A stretch of 64,000 nucleotides of DNA from positions 28,520,001 to 28,584,000 of the forward strand of contig CM022665.1 of assembly GCA_012295275.1 (NCBI GenBank). The letters run 5' to 3'. The notes beneath the pieces are model-generated. The model was not told where the DNA came from. It was given only the letters and a program-made list of their open reading frames with translations, and made no database searches. The translations under genes were made by a program, and so were the position numbers. Of the stretch, positions 1 to 13,716 are shown piece by piece. Position 1 is the stretch's first letter; each line of letters begins with the position of its first letter. The stretch is from Chrysomallon squamiferum (taxonomy: Eukaryota > Animalia > Mollusca).

Positions 1-277
1 TTTTTTAACTTCTTTCTATTCAGATGAATCCTCCACGCTACTGTACCAGTATATCAGTTTACTGATTCATGTTTACTACTTTTATAAAAACAATAGCATC
101 GTGGCGTTTCCTTTCCGACTATGAGTGAGAGAGCATATAATAATAAATTAAAATGTGTCTCGTAACATTTTCCTTTCATTTCCTCTGTTGCTTAATTTTT
201 CTTATTATCACCATTTTTTTTCTTTTTCTTTTCTTTTCTTCTGAGTAAAATCAACATCATCATCATCGTCATCGTCA

Positions 278-310
<33 letters not shown>

Positions 311-832
311 GCGGGACTTTGGATGTTTTCTGCAATTTTTAATTCCTCCCACCTTCCGGCTTCATGAACTATTATCAAAATAATCGTAACTGATCGAGTA
401 ACAAAATCCGGCATTTCGCAATACCAAAATTTCTTAGAGCATAACAAAAAAACAGAACAAAAGCTCCAAAATTGAACTTAATTCCGCCTCGACTAGTTGT
501 GTACAGAACAGATGCGCCGCTCTTGGTGAAGTTGAAAGGGTGGAATAATGGGCGGGGAGAGTTTTCCCCAGGGACATTTATTTTTTTCTGCTACCAATGC
601 TTATGACCTAACTGATGACAAGGATGATAACGGGGATAATAAGAGGGGAGGGAAAACCTCGGGCATGATGATAAATGATCCGTTAGATTGCTGTGGTCGT
701 TTATAATGCATTTGGAAAATAGTAAAATAAACAAAACTTATAAGCATTCGTATATTCAAGGTGTCAGATATAAATATATAGTATAGGAATTAACCATACA
801 TACATACATACAAGCACACACTTATCTACTAC

Positions 833-867
<35 letters not shown>

Positions 868-1795
868 TATAATATTTTATATAGTTGTTACAATAATGTA
901 CGCATTTCACCGTATATTATAATAATATATACATACTTTCATTAAGGAAAAATATATTAATGTAAGGAAAAATATAATAACAACAGATTATTTAAACTGT
1001 ATTTTCCTCAAAAAATCTAATTACTGTCCTTTGATAGATCCACGAGAGTCTTACAATCTCAGTCTATGTCCTGATAGGTGCTACAGAGCCATGGACGTGA
1101 AAAATATAAACTGACTGATACATCTGCAAAGCCTTGTTATTATAAACGCTTCATACATGCATAATTATAAATAAGAAAAAGACGTATGGGTTAGTTGTAA
1201 TACTTCTAAACATTATTAATTCCGATTATTGTTGTGACCGTTTCGTTCCATTTGCTGTATTCGCGCATTATACGAATACTTTAAATACTGAAAACCAGCA
1301 CGACATAAAATATTACATTCACAGGTTGTTCTTGCTATTATGTGTTTTGTTGTTGTTGTTGTTGTGTTATGTGTTTTGTTGTTGTTGTTTTTTTTTGAGG
1401 AGGAGGAGCGTGTGGCGTAGATTTTTTTTTATTTTTTTTTTATTTTTTTTAATTATTGTTATTGTAAATATATAAAATGTGTTATTACTGATTTGTAGTT
1501 AATAAATCAGTTTTTTCTTCTACTAACTTGTTTAGATACTTAAGTCGATTATCAAATCAGTTACATTTTTATCTGGATAAAAGGATATAGACATCTTGTA
1601 CAGCATCTTTATAACTATCACTGAATGTGAGACAGAGTTTTATTGTTTTATATACCCAAGTGTCACTGTATCTGATAACGGGTGAAAAATGGCACACGAC
1701 TTTATTGCTGAACACACTGTTGTGTATACTCGCATAATGACAGACACGTCAGAGTATCCTGGATTTATAACGTTAGAAATAATTATGCAGTACTT

Positions 1796-1904
<109 letters not shown>

Positions 1905-2235
1905 TACGGAGTTTTAAATTACTAACAGATTTAGAAAAATTAACAGACTGTTAACATTTAATTTTATTATTATTATTGATAGTGTTAGTAAATAGAAATC
2001 AGAAATAACGAAAAGATCATTTTTCTCAGATCTAACAAATAATAATAATAGTAATTATCAGGATTGTCTATTTATTATTAGTCTTAATGTTATTATTGTT
2101 ATTTAAGTATTTAGAAGGAAACTTATTCTACGCCTCTCACTTTTAAAAATATCAAACACTAATACACAAAAATTTAATAAATTTAATATAATTTGTTTTA
2201 ACAGTTTGTTTTTATAATATTAATATATGTATATA

Positions 2236-2560
2236 CAGTTTAACAGGTATATTATTTTACATTATTTTATCTAATTTGTTCTAAAAGTGTACGCATTTCA
2301 CCGTATTATAATACTAATTTAACGGGTATATTCATTTAAATTATTTTATATAATTTGTTTTAGCATTTCACATTTCACCGTATTATAATAGTAATTTAAC
2401 AGGTATATTAATTTGTTTAACAGTGCACGCGTTTCACCATAATATAATGCTAGTACATGTATTTATAATTTAACAGGTATATTCACTGTATTTATTTATA
2501 ACATTATTTTTTAGCAGTACACACATTTCACCGTACATAATTCTAATACATTTATTTATA
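2236..2560. repeat. Degenerate minisatellite, core 'gcatttcaccgtattataata...atttaacaggtatatt', about 4-5 units; isolated copy at about 898-930
   Basis: Recurrent (c)atttcaccgta and taacaggtatatt words. Confidence 0.8.
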
Positions 2561-3122
2561 ATTTACTTCACCCTCCTCCCTAAGTGACAGACGTTTCTAT
2601 TGTACACAGACACTCTGGGTAGCCAGCCCACAGTTCACAGCGCCAGTGGAGGCCGCTCCCCTGTGTACCCCGGTCATGTTGCTAGGGTCTGGGGATGCGC
2701 ACAATAACCAGTACAAGCCACGCTCATCTTGATAAGCCGCCAATTAACAGACACCCCTACCGCCGTCTTCCTGGGTATGACATACAAAGAGTTCCTGGTA
2801 CACTGTTTTCAAAAGTTAATTACGAATACGTCGCAGTTGCAATACCACTCAGTATGGTCTAATGTTTAACACACCTTGATGTATGTAATAATGGGGGTGT
2901 GTTAATTAGCAACAAATAACACGGAGGCCAGCAAAGGTGATAATGATTATCTCTCAAGGTAAATGTTATTTGTGCCGTCTGTTAAACCTGCAATACTACA
3001 GGTATATTGTTTTGTTTTCTTGAATAAATGCATTTATTTATTTATGTCTTCTAAACAAAACAAACAAACAAACAAAAAAAACCTCAGAAACTTTTTTCAT
3101 TGTTATTTTTTCAAAAACTCAC

Positions 3123-3308
3123 CATCATCGTCTTCATCTTCTGACTGCTCTACTGTCGTAAAACCTGATACAGGCTGATTCCCCCAGTGTACTAGAACGT
3201 TGTTTTTATCGGCCCTGCCCACACAGCCCGGGGGTAAGGCTTGGAAACTGGAGTTACCGGGAGAAGACACATTAGAACTGTTGGAGTCAGAGTCAAAATT
3301 TGGTACTC
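3123..3308 (-). CDS. Unidentified gene, 186-nt phase 1-1 exon: (G)VPNFDSDSNSSNVSSPGNSSFQALPPGCVGRADKNNVLVHWGNQPVSGFTTVEQSEDEDDD
   Basis: Acceptor ttttaatttcag, donor G|gtgagt, open frame throughout, GC-richer than flanks. No family recognised. Confidence 0.6.
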
Positions 3309-3374
3309 CTGAAATTAAAAAATAATAAGTAACTAGATATATTTAACAATACAATTTTATGCTAAATAATTAAA

Positions 3375-3419
<45 letters not shown>

Positions 3420-3486
3420 TAATAGCAAACAATACTAGTCGAAAATAGTTATCTAATAACAAAAATGTTCAGTCTAAAACAAATAA

Positions 3487-3519
<33 letters not shown>

Positions 3520-4449
3520 CTGAAAACCCCAAATATTTTATATATATTACAACATGATCCTTTAATCTGTTATTTCCAAAATATGAAAATTTTTTGTACT
3601 TGTATTTCTGTAGACACAGGTGACTTTCTACACGTAATCGTTGTTTACAGAGTTATGCGAGTGACTCTTTCAAACAGGTAACTAATGTTTACACCTGCCT
3701 GTGATAACATGTACACATTATTATTGTGGTGAAAAATAATCGGATTCCCTTTGACAAAATTCTGATTAGTTTCGAATCTACCCCGGAATTTCCTCTTCCA
3801 ACAAATGGTTTATGTACATTCTGTTGTTGCAGTCTTCAAACACTCACTGGCTGGAATATCGCTAGCCTTTGATAATGTTGTCAGTTTTTATATACTGATG
3901 ATCGTTTCGTAAGATACGAAAACTGGACACGATGGCGCTGTTGACAAAATCAGCGAGTTTATAACCTACAGAGGAGAATTCAACGTCCTACCCTGCCTTG
4001 TCTACAGTACTCAACAAACGAATAACCATATTAAAAAAAATATATAAAAATGGACAAACGAATTTGTTAATTCTCTCTATTAAAAAATATTTCACATTGA
4101 AAGTGACACCCAATATAAGTGATAGGCCCATTGTCATCATCAACCCCCACCCTCCAACCCCAATATTTTGTTTGTATCTGTGTAACAAGTATCATTTTAA
4201 AACGAAATAATTTTAACAGCGACAGTCTCAAAATTGTGAAATCATAAATCTTCACTTTTATTTCTATTGCTGATTAAGTGTTACAGAGGTGAAGTTGATT
4301 TTTATTTTTATTATATTATTATTATTATTATTATTATTATTTTAAATGAAATGTTTTAGAACGTCATATTCTGTAAATATAAACTTAATGTTAAGGGCTG
4401 GAGAAAATAATTACAAACGGACATTAAAGAAGCTGATATAATATTGTTA

Positions 4450-4506
<57 letters not shown>

Positions 4507-4640
4507 CCTTAACCTGTTGAGAGTCTCTGATCATGTCGACGAGGAGACCTTTAATAAATATGCCTTATATATATATATATATACACTATTTTGGACACTT
4601 CCAGATAATTATTTAATTTATTCCTAGCATTGAATCTGTT

Positions 4641-4647
4641 AATAATA

Positions 4648-4693
<46 letters not shown>

Positions 4694-4696
4694 TTA

Positions 4697-4762
<66 letters not shown>
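4641..4762. repeat. (AAT)n abutting (ATT)n, self-complementary trinucleotide array
   Basis: Direct reading. Confidence 0.95.
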
Positions 4763-5338
4763 TTATTTTATTTTATTTTTTTTCGTTTATGAGTAAAACT
4801 TATTTAATTGTAGTATTTAAACACATAAAATCAAATGAATGAAAATGATAGAATATTAGACAGTTTATGTTAGCACCAAGTATTAAAACGACAACTAATA
4901 TTTTGTTGGTTTTAAAAAACCAGCTATACAAAAGATAACAATGTTTAACTTCGAGGCTAGTTATTTCTTATTAACTTCGTGGACTAACTTTCCATCATTA
5001 CACATATACTCATTTATTTATACAAAACCTACAATATCTTTTTAACATTTGTTGTCGTAATATTTCTAAATATTTAACATAACAGTTTCGTCTTCTTTAC
5101 TAAAAGCTTATTACTGATATTAATAAAATATTAATATTATTTTGCTGCTGTTGCTGCAGCTGCTGATAACTGTGATAGTGATGATGCTGATGCAGTGTTT
5201 ATACCTGCTCATAATCACGTGTATCAGAAGAGCAAACTTAATTAACTTACCAAGCTGTAATATAATTGTACAAATGAATCTGTTTAAAGTCAGCAGTGGA
5301 TTATCAGAGTGTTAAACCCTCTCTGTACTAAGGCTTAC

Positions 5339-5381
5339 CTTGTTGATTGAAAGATCCCCTCAGATTATCCACTTGAATCAT
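5339..5381 (-). CDS. Unidentified gene, putative first coding segment MIQVDNLRGSFNQQ(G) within exon 5529-5339
   Basis: Minus strand shows acceptor ttgtttttgcag before 5529 and donor AG|gtaagc after 5339. ATG at 5381 has an in-frame upstream stop. The phase-1 end matches the next exon. Confidence 0.45.
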
Positions 5382-8300
5382 GTTATTCTCTATCTTTATT
5401 CGATGAAGTCCTTCTCGCCACCAACTGCTAAGTTTCAGACTCGCAAATTGCACTTTGTAAATCTCGATAAAATGGTCATGGACTCATAATTTTCGTTGAC
5501 ATTTCCTCCACATGTACCCGCTGTCAGAACTGCAAAAACAAATCCTCTTGAAGGGATAAAATATTACAGCACGAGCTATTTATTTCCACTGTGTAGAGCC
5601 GAACCTTTTTTTTGGGACTGCAACGTGCCGTTTACTTATTTTCGTTTCATTCCTGATACCTTATAGATAAAGCAAGTAATAATTTGTTTTAAAAAGCAAA
5701 GGGAGAAAAATTAGTCCTCGATTGAAGGTGATGACAGATCTGTGCAGATCTTTTTTACACAGCTGTGTCATGGATGCGGCTTATTCTGCAGTTTGTACGA
5801 AATGGCTAAACAAACTTGCGGGTAACAGGTACCCCTGTCGCATGCCACGTAATAGCACTTCCCTATCTTTATGAGTTCCACTCTATCTTTTCCATCCGTT
5901 TTGCAAACTCAGTTTCTCGCTTTAGATGTGTTATCTTTCTCCATAGTTACCCAGACTTGATAGATAAATCTTACGTCGGGACTGGATGGAAATTTCAGGC
6001 GCAAACTTTTTAACTACACGATTATGTTTGCAAAGACTTCCTATCCAAACCGCACCAATTGGTGATTGTATATGGCTTAGGTAAATGCGTTAACGGGCTA
6101 TTTTCCCCTTCAGGCTGTCAGCGGAGCCCATTGTTTCCTTTGTAACAGGTAATCCGGGTCGGTCAGCCTCAATACCTTTTAGAACCAGTTAAGTCATTAA
6201 CGGAGCACAAGTTTCCCCCCTATATTCATTGTTGCATAAAGCCCTATTTTGTTTTTGTCTTCCCACTTCCATTGTTCCAGTACTTATAAGTTTTGGAGTT
6301 TTTTCCTTTTTTTTTTTTTTTTATTTCATTCAAAAAACTCGCTAGAAGCGCGGGGTAAAATGATTGATAATTCTGAGATGAACTAATGCTTATGTTTTAG
6401 CTATAAATAAATACGGATAGAGAGAGAGACAGATATTTTTTTAATCAGTGTTCCTTGAGATAAGACTGTAGGTGTGATGACTAAAGATATTTTTTTAATA
6501 CTTTTAATCTGGGTCTGTGAAATTAATCAGCGTTTATTGTTCTTTACTTTGTGTGGTGCTGTATTTGTTGTCTTTTCTAATTAATATTTCTTTATGTTGA
6601 TATATTTAGGGTGTCATTATAAATTATAAAAAGAGTTGACAAAAATAATAATAATAATAATAATAATAAAAATAAAAAGAATTACCCTATTAACAAAACA
6701 AATGATATTAATAAAGTGAAGTGTTAATATAATTAATTGTTTTGTTTTTTTATGCAGTTATAATCTACAATCACTATATATATAAAAATAATAGTAATTA
6801 TTATTATTTTTAAATAATTTACAAATTATATATTATATTATATTATATTATATTTATTAGAATTATTCCATTGCTGCAGTAGAATACATCAAGAAAAGCT
6901 TGATATATATTTTTTTAAAGAAATAATTGATATTGATATTGATATTGATAATTATACTGCATGCAGTGAACAACAACAGAAACGCGTATCAGAAGAAATT
7001 AAACGCTACTTCGCTTTCAGCAAATCTTATTACTAGCCGTTAGAGGTAATTCAAAATAAAAGAAAGTGAAAGAAAGGGGGTCTGTAATTACAGTGATACA
7101 GGTGAGAGAATGGGAAATTTGGCACCTGCACCTATCTTTGTTTTGCAGTGGAGTACTGCTGGGAGCAGGCGGGTAGTTCTGAATGATGTTAAATAGTTTT
7201 GTCTTTCTTTTTATCCCTTTATTTGTCATCTTTCAAAGAGCCGTCTCCATCTTTTAGTTGCAGTGCACACCGAACCTCGAGTACTGAGTAAACTTTTGTC
7301 GTATCTGTAGTTAGTTATACATTCCTCAGACGATATAGATGATCTTGAAAGTTAAATTAGTTGTGGAAAGTAACAGCTCTTTCCGCTCGCTTCCTCACCA
7401 GAATAAAATAAATGAATTAAAATTAAAAATAAAAATATGTTGTTATAGGACGCGAATTTTAAGTGGATATACGACGTTTAATAATATCGAAGTGATATAT
7501 GAGTTATGGATGAATGAATAATAATTAATTAATTTTTATTTTATTTTATTTTATTTTATTTTATTATTATTATTATTATTATTAAATAATTCCTCTACTA
7601 TCCGTTTTTACGGTTACATAAAGTTCTAACAACTTGTCATATTTTGAAGAAGCAGTAAAATGATATATGCACCTCTACACACACGCGCGCACACGCACGC
7701 ACGCACACACACGTACAAACTTTAATATATTCTTGAAACTTTTAAATAAAAATACGTGAAACTTTTGAACTGTATAGTTGTTGATTTAAAACTATTATAA
7801 ATCAAAAACTGGTTCATAAAATAAGTTTCAGTATACAACCTAATACAAATCGGCTTCAGATCAAACGAACTGTGGACAATGTAGTCAACTAATATATGCA
7901 GGTTAGATTGTACCTATTAAATGCTCCGCTCTCACACTGAGACCGAAATAGGCGGCAAGAGAAGATACAAGGTAACAGTGGAAAATTGACGTCGTCCGCC
8001 ATTAATGTTTATAGCCTGTCTGCTGACATCAATCTAACATCTCAAGTATTTGATTACATTCCGTCTCTAAGAAGTGATATCTAATGCGTATTACTTTCGT
8101 ACTTCGCAAAGAAAGCAGGAAGGACACCCTGTTGGGTTTTTTATTATTATTATTATTTGAACAACGAAAACGCCGCCATCGAAAGAACCCATTTTTCTTT
8201 TCTTTTAATTGATTGTATATGGTTCTTCTGAGTAGACTAACAATGAAATGTTTTTTATATTTTCATACCCATCAACCCATATCAAAAATAAATAGTGTTC

Positions 8301-8763
8301 CACATCTTCTGAATCTTGTTTCTTTTACATATCTTTGGTTCCACGCGTCATCTAAACCTCGTGGATACCCCGACAAAAAATACCCATTAGAATGAAAGGC
8401 CAAAAGCCAATAGTGAAGACTGTAATTTCAAAATGTTTTAGAGGGGTTGTTTTCTTTTTGTTTGTTTGTTTGTTTATCAACAAATGCAAATACTATTTGT
8501 TTGTCCAAATATTATAATTTGTTGGCCTTAAATTATTTTGAATTCTCATTAAAAATCACTATGGTCTCGATTTACATGCCGTAGTTAAGGATACGTCTTT
8601 TCAGCAAATGCAGAATTAGAAATATTAAACGGAATTTGTACTTTTCCGAATTACCAAAAAAAAAAAAAAAAAAATGCCTATTTCATTCGTCAAAATAGAA
8701 ATGTGTGTGTGTGTGTTGTTGTTGTTGTTGTTGTTGTGGCTCTACATAATTCATAAATAGTCA

Positions 8764-8818
<55 letters not shown>

Positions 8819-10923
8819 GATAAAATACACTTTTTACCTAGTGGTATTTTATCAATAATTTATGGTATTTTACTTTTATATATGCTTAAATTTTGTTCAT
8901 CACAATAGGTTAATGTAAACGTCATTTTGAAACTGTATCCTTTTTGACAAAACTTTTTGTGTGTATATGCGTACATGAATGTATGAAGACATACGTGTGT
9001 ATGTGTGTGCGTGTGTAAAATTGAAAATATTGTAATATTTAGCTGGTCATCACACAGAGAGAACAGTTGAACAGAGAAAGCAGTATTTTAGAGTGAATTC
9101 AAAAGCAGAAAGATCATGGTAACTATATTTTACTCCGTCAGTATAATAAATAAACGTTTAAAAAGTTAAATAAGGTAGGATATACTAATCTGAGATTTCA
9201 GCTTACGTTAGTTTTTGTGAGTGTTCACTTAACAACGATCTACATAACACATGGATCAAATATTTTTTTATCATTTATTTTTTTTTTTTTTATTTTCATT
9301 ATTTTATTTAATTTTTTAAATAGTAATAATAAACGCTTAATGTGTTCACATGGTGATACGAAGAAATTCTGAAACTATATTGTGCATACATCCAAGTTAT
9401 ATTTTATTATTATAGTTTTAAAACTTAGGGTGCCGCCATTTTTGTTTAGTCTTGACGTCACATATTACACGGCGACCGATCTGTTCTAAAGTTTCTTCTA
9501 GAGCTGTCAGAAAAATAGTTAACAGTCTGACACGTACGCGATGACGTCACGACTAGAGTTGTTAAGGAGAAAAATGGCGGTGTTCAAATGTTTTATATTA
9601 CTTTTTAATTTTATTTTATTTTAAGTCGTTCTTTGTTATAAGCGATAAAAGGTCGCCCAAAACAGTACAAAAAGAACTTACAAATATAAAGAATTTGATT
9701 AAACAATTTATTTGTATCACTTTAACAAAATGTTTATTAAAACTTCAGAATGATTTAGGCACTATATTAAAGGATCAAGCAGCTGTAGGACTACTTGAAC
9801 TCGTGTGTGAACTTAATCGATTGGTTTGCATGCGATTTAATGACAAATGACGAATGTAAGTATTTCATAATTAATTTAATCCGTTTCTGACACCATACAA
9901 TGGTTACGAATCTGTGCCTCGAGCGAACGCGCCATCGGACGTCAAGACCCGAAATTTACAGTCTTCCACACTGTCTGTGCAACAGATCTGATTATTTGAT
10001 TAAGCTCCTGTCCTTGTTCTGTGTTTAAATCACATGTTAAACCTGGAAGAAATCTCTAGGGGCTTCTTTGAGAGCAGACGTACTTAGTGAAGTTAAATAA
10101 ACAACAAAAAATTGAGGAGAAGCTTTTTTGTTGGGGTTTTTTTTTCTTTTGGCGCCAATATGCTAAAAGTGTCTAGTTAATAGGATTTTTTGTTTGTTTG
10201 TTCACTTACGAAATTAATTAGTTTATGAATAGTTAAGTGCGATAATATAAACATACAAACACAAATAGATAATGTTGGAAAAAAGACATTACAGAAATGT
10301 GCACTTCTTTTGTGTCATATCTGAGCTTTTTTCTCATAAAAGAAGTTACTTTATATTAAATTCTGTATTGAATCGAAATCTACATTCAGCATATATATAT
10401 ATATTAAGACAAGATTTCATAATGATTAAGGACTAAATAACAATTTAATCGACACTTGTGCCTTAAGCCTGCAACTTCAAAGTCCTGGTATTTCATAACC
10501 TCGCTTCTTTGCTGAAGACAGATTTTTGCTGACTGACTTCAAGTGACTTGTTAATTTAAAACTGTTGATTTTTAAAGAACGTTGTTTGGTAACTTGCATT
10601 GTTGACAATGATTTAACGTGGGTGCAGACTCAGACGACTGACGAGACGGCGACGACAGCTCCTGCCTCGGGCTTCTCTTAACGGATAACCGACAGAAAAA
10701 TATCCAGACGTAGATTCCCAATCCTGATTCAGATTTGTGTTCGTAAATGAGTAGCTAAGTGAAATGGCTAGCAAGATAAGGATTGCCTGTGGGATGAATT
10801 CTGTTTAAGTATTCAGTTTAGACAATCGTCTGAATACGTTAAATCTCAAATTTCTTGTATCAGGGAATGGTTGAATTGTGTCATCTTACTTTTAGTTAGG
10901 GATTCTAAAGACTGTAAACTATA

Positions 10924-10926
<3 letters not shown>

Positions 10927-11016
<90 letters not shown>

Positions 11017-11048
11017 CCTCCCTCCCTCCCTCCCTCTCTCTCTCTCTC
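10927..11048. repeat. (CT)n/(CCCT)n microsatellite
   Basis: Direct reading. Confidence 0.97.
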
Positions 11049-13506
11049 ATGTTTGACTATGTGTCGTTTTCTTTGTACGAGTTCTCTGTTAATGACACAT
11101 AACTAACTATCACAAAATATATTGTTTTTCTTCCTTTATTTCATTTATAAATTATCATGGCAGTTTCTGCTATCAGGTCTCGCTCTCACAGCGATTTCCT
11201 TTCAAAACGGGCCAAATGCTGGGTGTAGTAAAATAATGACCTCCCACCCACACCCGCGGATTAAATTATGTACGTTTCCGCATATCTCGTGCTGGTGACA
11301 ACGGGTCTGCGTGCCGCATACAAGATGAGTGTTTAAAGTGACCACGTTAAGATATGACAGAGATTAGGAGATGAATTGTATCGCAGCTAAGCAGTGAGTT
11401 TCTATAAGCACTGCATATATAAAATGATAACAGTGATTAAGTTAACGTAAGTACAGTCTGTGAATAATGGGCAGACAAAGTCATGTATAATAAGGTTTAG
11501 TCAGTAAAACGACTCATCTCGGAACGTCGCTGTACAAAATGTTCTGGAGATATAATTCAGCATAAAGAGAGTATTAGATGATTTACGGAGAAAAAGAACA
11601 ACTAAACAAAATAGAACAAAAATGCATTTTAAAATCTGTGAAACAAAAATTGAAAAACCCCAAAACAAAACACAAAAAAAACAATCAAAAAACAAAAAAA
11701 CAAATAATAATAATAATTTACGAAAATAACAACTACTAAATGTTTTTCGTTGATTTTTATTTAGGTGGATAAATACATGTAATTGTATATATTTATTTTC
11801 TAATCGCCAGAATACCGGATCTGAAGCTAATTTATAATAATAATAAATACTACTACATTTATAATGTTAGGCCTTAATAGTGTTTATTTTCTTTCATTTT
11901 AATTAAATTAATTATCTTTACAGATTATTTCTTTTTTCTTTTTTTAATTCTTTTTGATTGGGTTTTTAGTACTATTATCTTCTAGCCCACAACTGATTGT
12001 CGCAGTTAATCCATCATTAGATTTTACACTTTTTTAATGTGGTGAAATTTTACAGCTTAATTAAATGTGGAATTGTGTTTATTTCGTAAGTGGAGAATAC
12101 AACACTATAAAAAATACAAAATGAAAGAGACAGTAAAGCGGAAAGTTGTAACAGAAATGACACGTTATAAAAAAACACTGATTACACGACACGTTATAAA
12201 TACGAATTAAAACGACGTAATAAAACCACTTTATAAACGTTATAAACAGAAATTAAAAGAACTTTTTAAATACAAAAACAAACACTCTCTAAATATTAAT
12301 TAAAATATGTTTGAAAACAAAACACCAAAAAAACCTGACACATTATGAACAAAACTACTTAACATACTTTCATTACAATTGTACTGACAGTGAAAGAATG
12401 AAGATAACATTTTATTTAAGTCGTATCTTCTTTTTTTCAACTTTCTTTTCTTTTTGATGGCTAATATCATTAAGGAACACAAGCTAGTTACCTGTTAACG
12501 TCATTTCATATAACTATAGCTTTTTTTTCCCCCCTAATTATTTTATTACCAATGTCATCAAGTTTATTCTGTACCATAACTTTTATGATTTAGGATAATT
12601 CTCTTTTTATTCTTTATTTTAAGGATTAATTATAAAAAGAGTCGATTAACAAATAAATACAAAGAGTTATATATTATATTAAATTAATCAACGAAGTTAT
12701 GTATACGTAATTAAAAGACACAGAAACAATATTTATTTTTGATATCATGTATAAATATGGACATCTGCGACTCTGTGCACACACGCACACGCACACACAC
12801 AAACACAGATATGAATACATGTCTGCATGTTTAAATACATAATGATGTTTTATCATTTCAAATGCATGCATTTAACAATGTTTTTAATTATTTTTACAGA
12901 TTCAGTTTTCTTTCTCTCTCTCTAAATTTCCTTTTATTTCTTTCTTATTCTGTCCCTGATCCAAAACTCTAATTTAACCTATCCATCTTGGTCATTTGAT
13001 CACCCTTGTTAATAATAATTGCTATGTTAATTTATGCCTACGGCAGCGATGCCGTTTGTGATAGTTCGTCCGTAGCGATCCAATTTGAAAAGAAAGAGAC
13101 AGCAACCATTAACATCTTTTAAACCTAGAGCGCTGAACCCAGATAGCCTTCATAATGAACAATGATGCAGAGAATGACAACTATAAAGTGAACATACCTA
13201 TGGACAAAAACAATCAGTCACTTGAAAAGGTGGGTGAGGCCGCGCTGCCCATCTCGTTTACCCGCTAGGTTTTTATTGCTTATAATTGCACGGACTGGTA
13301 GTATACAAAGTTGTTAGCCAGCTCTCACCCCTGTTATAATTGAAAGGTGAAGTCATAGCTGTCTGTTTTAGCCCCTGGTTGTAATTTCACTTTGTCGCGA
13401 AATCCCTTGCGCACGGTAGAGACTATTATCATTATAAGATATGAAGAGAGGATAAAAAAACAACAACAACGGGCATGCTTGATTCTGTAGTATTAATTTG
13501 TATTAA

Positions 13507-13716
13507 TGTATGTATTAATGTATGTATGTATGTATGTATGTATGTATGTATGTATGTATGTATGTATGTGTGTGTATATATGTATGCATGTATATGTATG
13601 TGTATATTTGTGTATGTGTGTGTGTATGCAGGTATATATGTCTGTGTGTATGTATGTATGTATGTGTGTGTGTATGTGCGTGTATTCGTGTCTCTGTGTG
13701 TGTAAGTGTATATGTG
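13507..13716. repeat. (TATG)n/(TG)n compound microsatellite
   Basis: Direct reading; source of several spurious ORFs. Confidence 0.95.

Noticed and set aside
2236-2560. Repeat-spacer-like pattern suggesting CRISPR
   Set aside because: Units are degenerate and variable, spacers resemble each other, context is eukaryotic, and there are no cas genes.
3779-3965. Possible minus-strand exon between the two unknown-gene exons
   Set aside because: Stops in all frames and the donor phase does not match the 3308 acceptor.
4641-4762. (AAT)n/(ATT)n palindrome as functional cruciform
   Set aside because: Both repeats are ubiquitous in this window, so juxtaposition is expected.
13155-13235. Plus-strand short frame MNNDAENDNYKVNIPMDKNNQSLEK followed by gt
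   Set aside because: No phase-compatible downstream exon found and no homology recognised.
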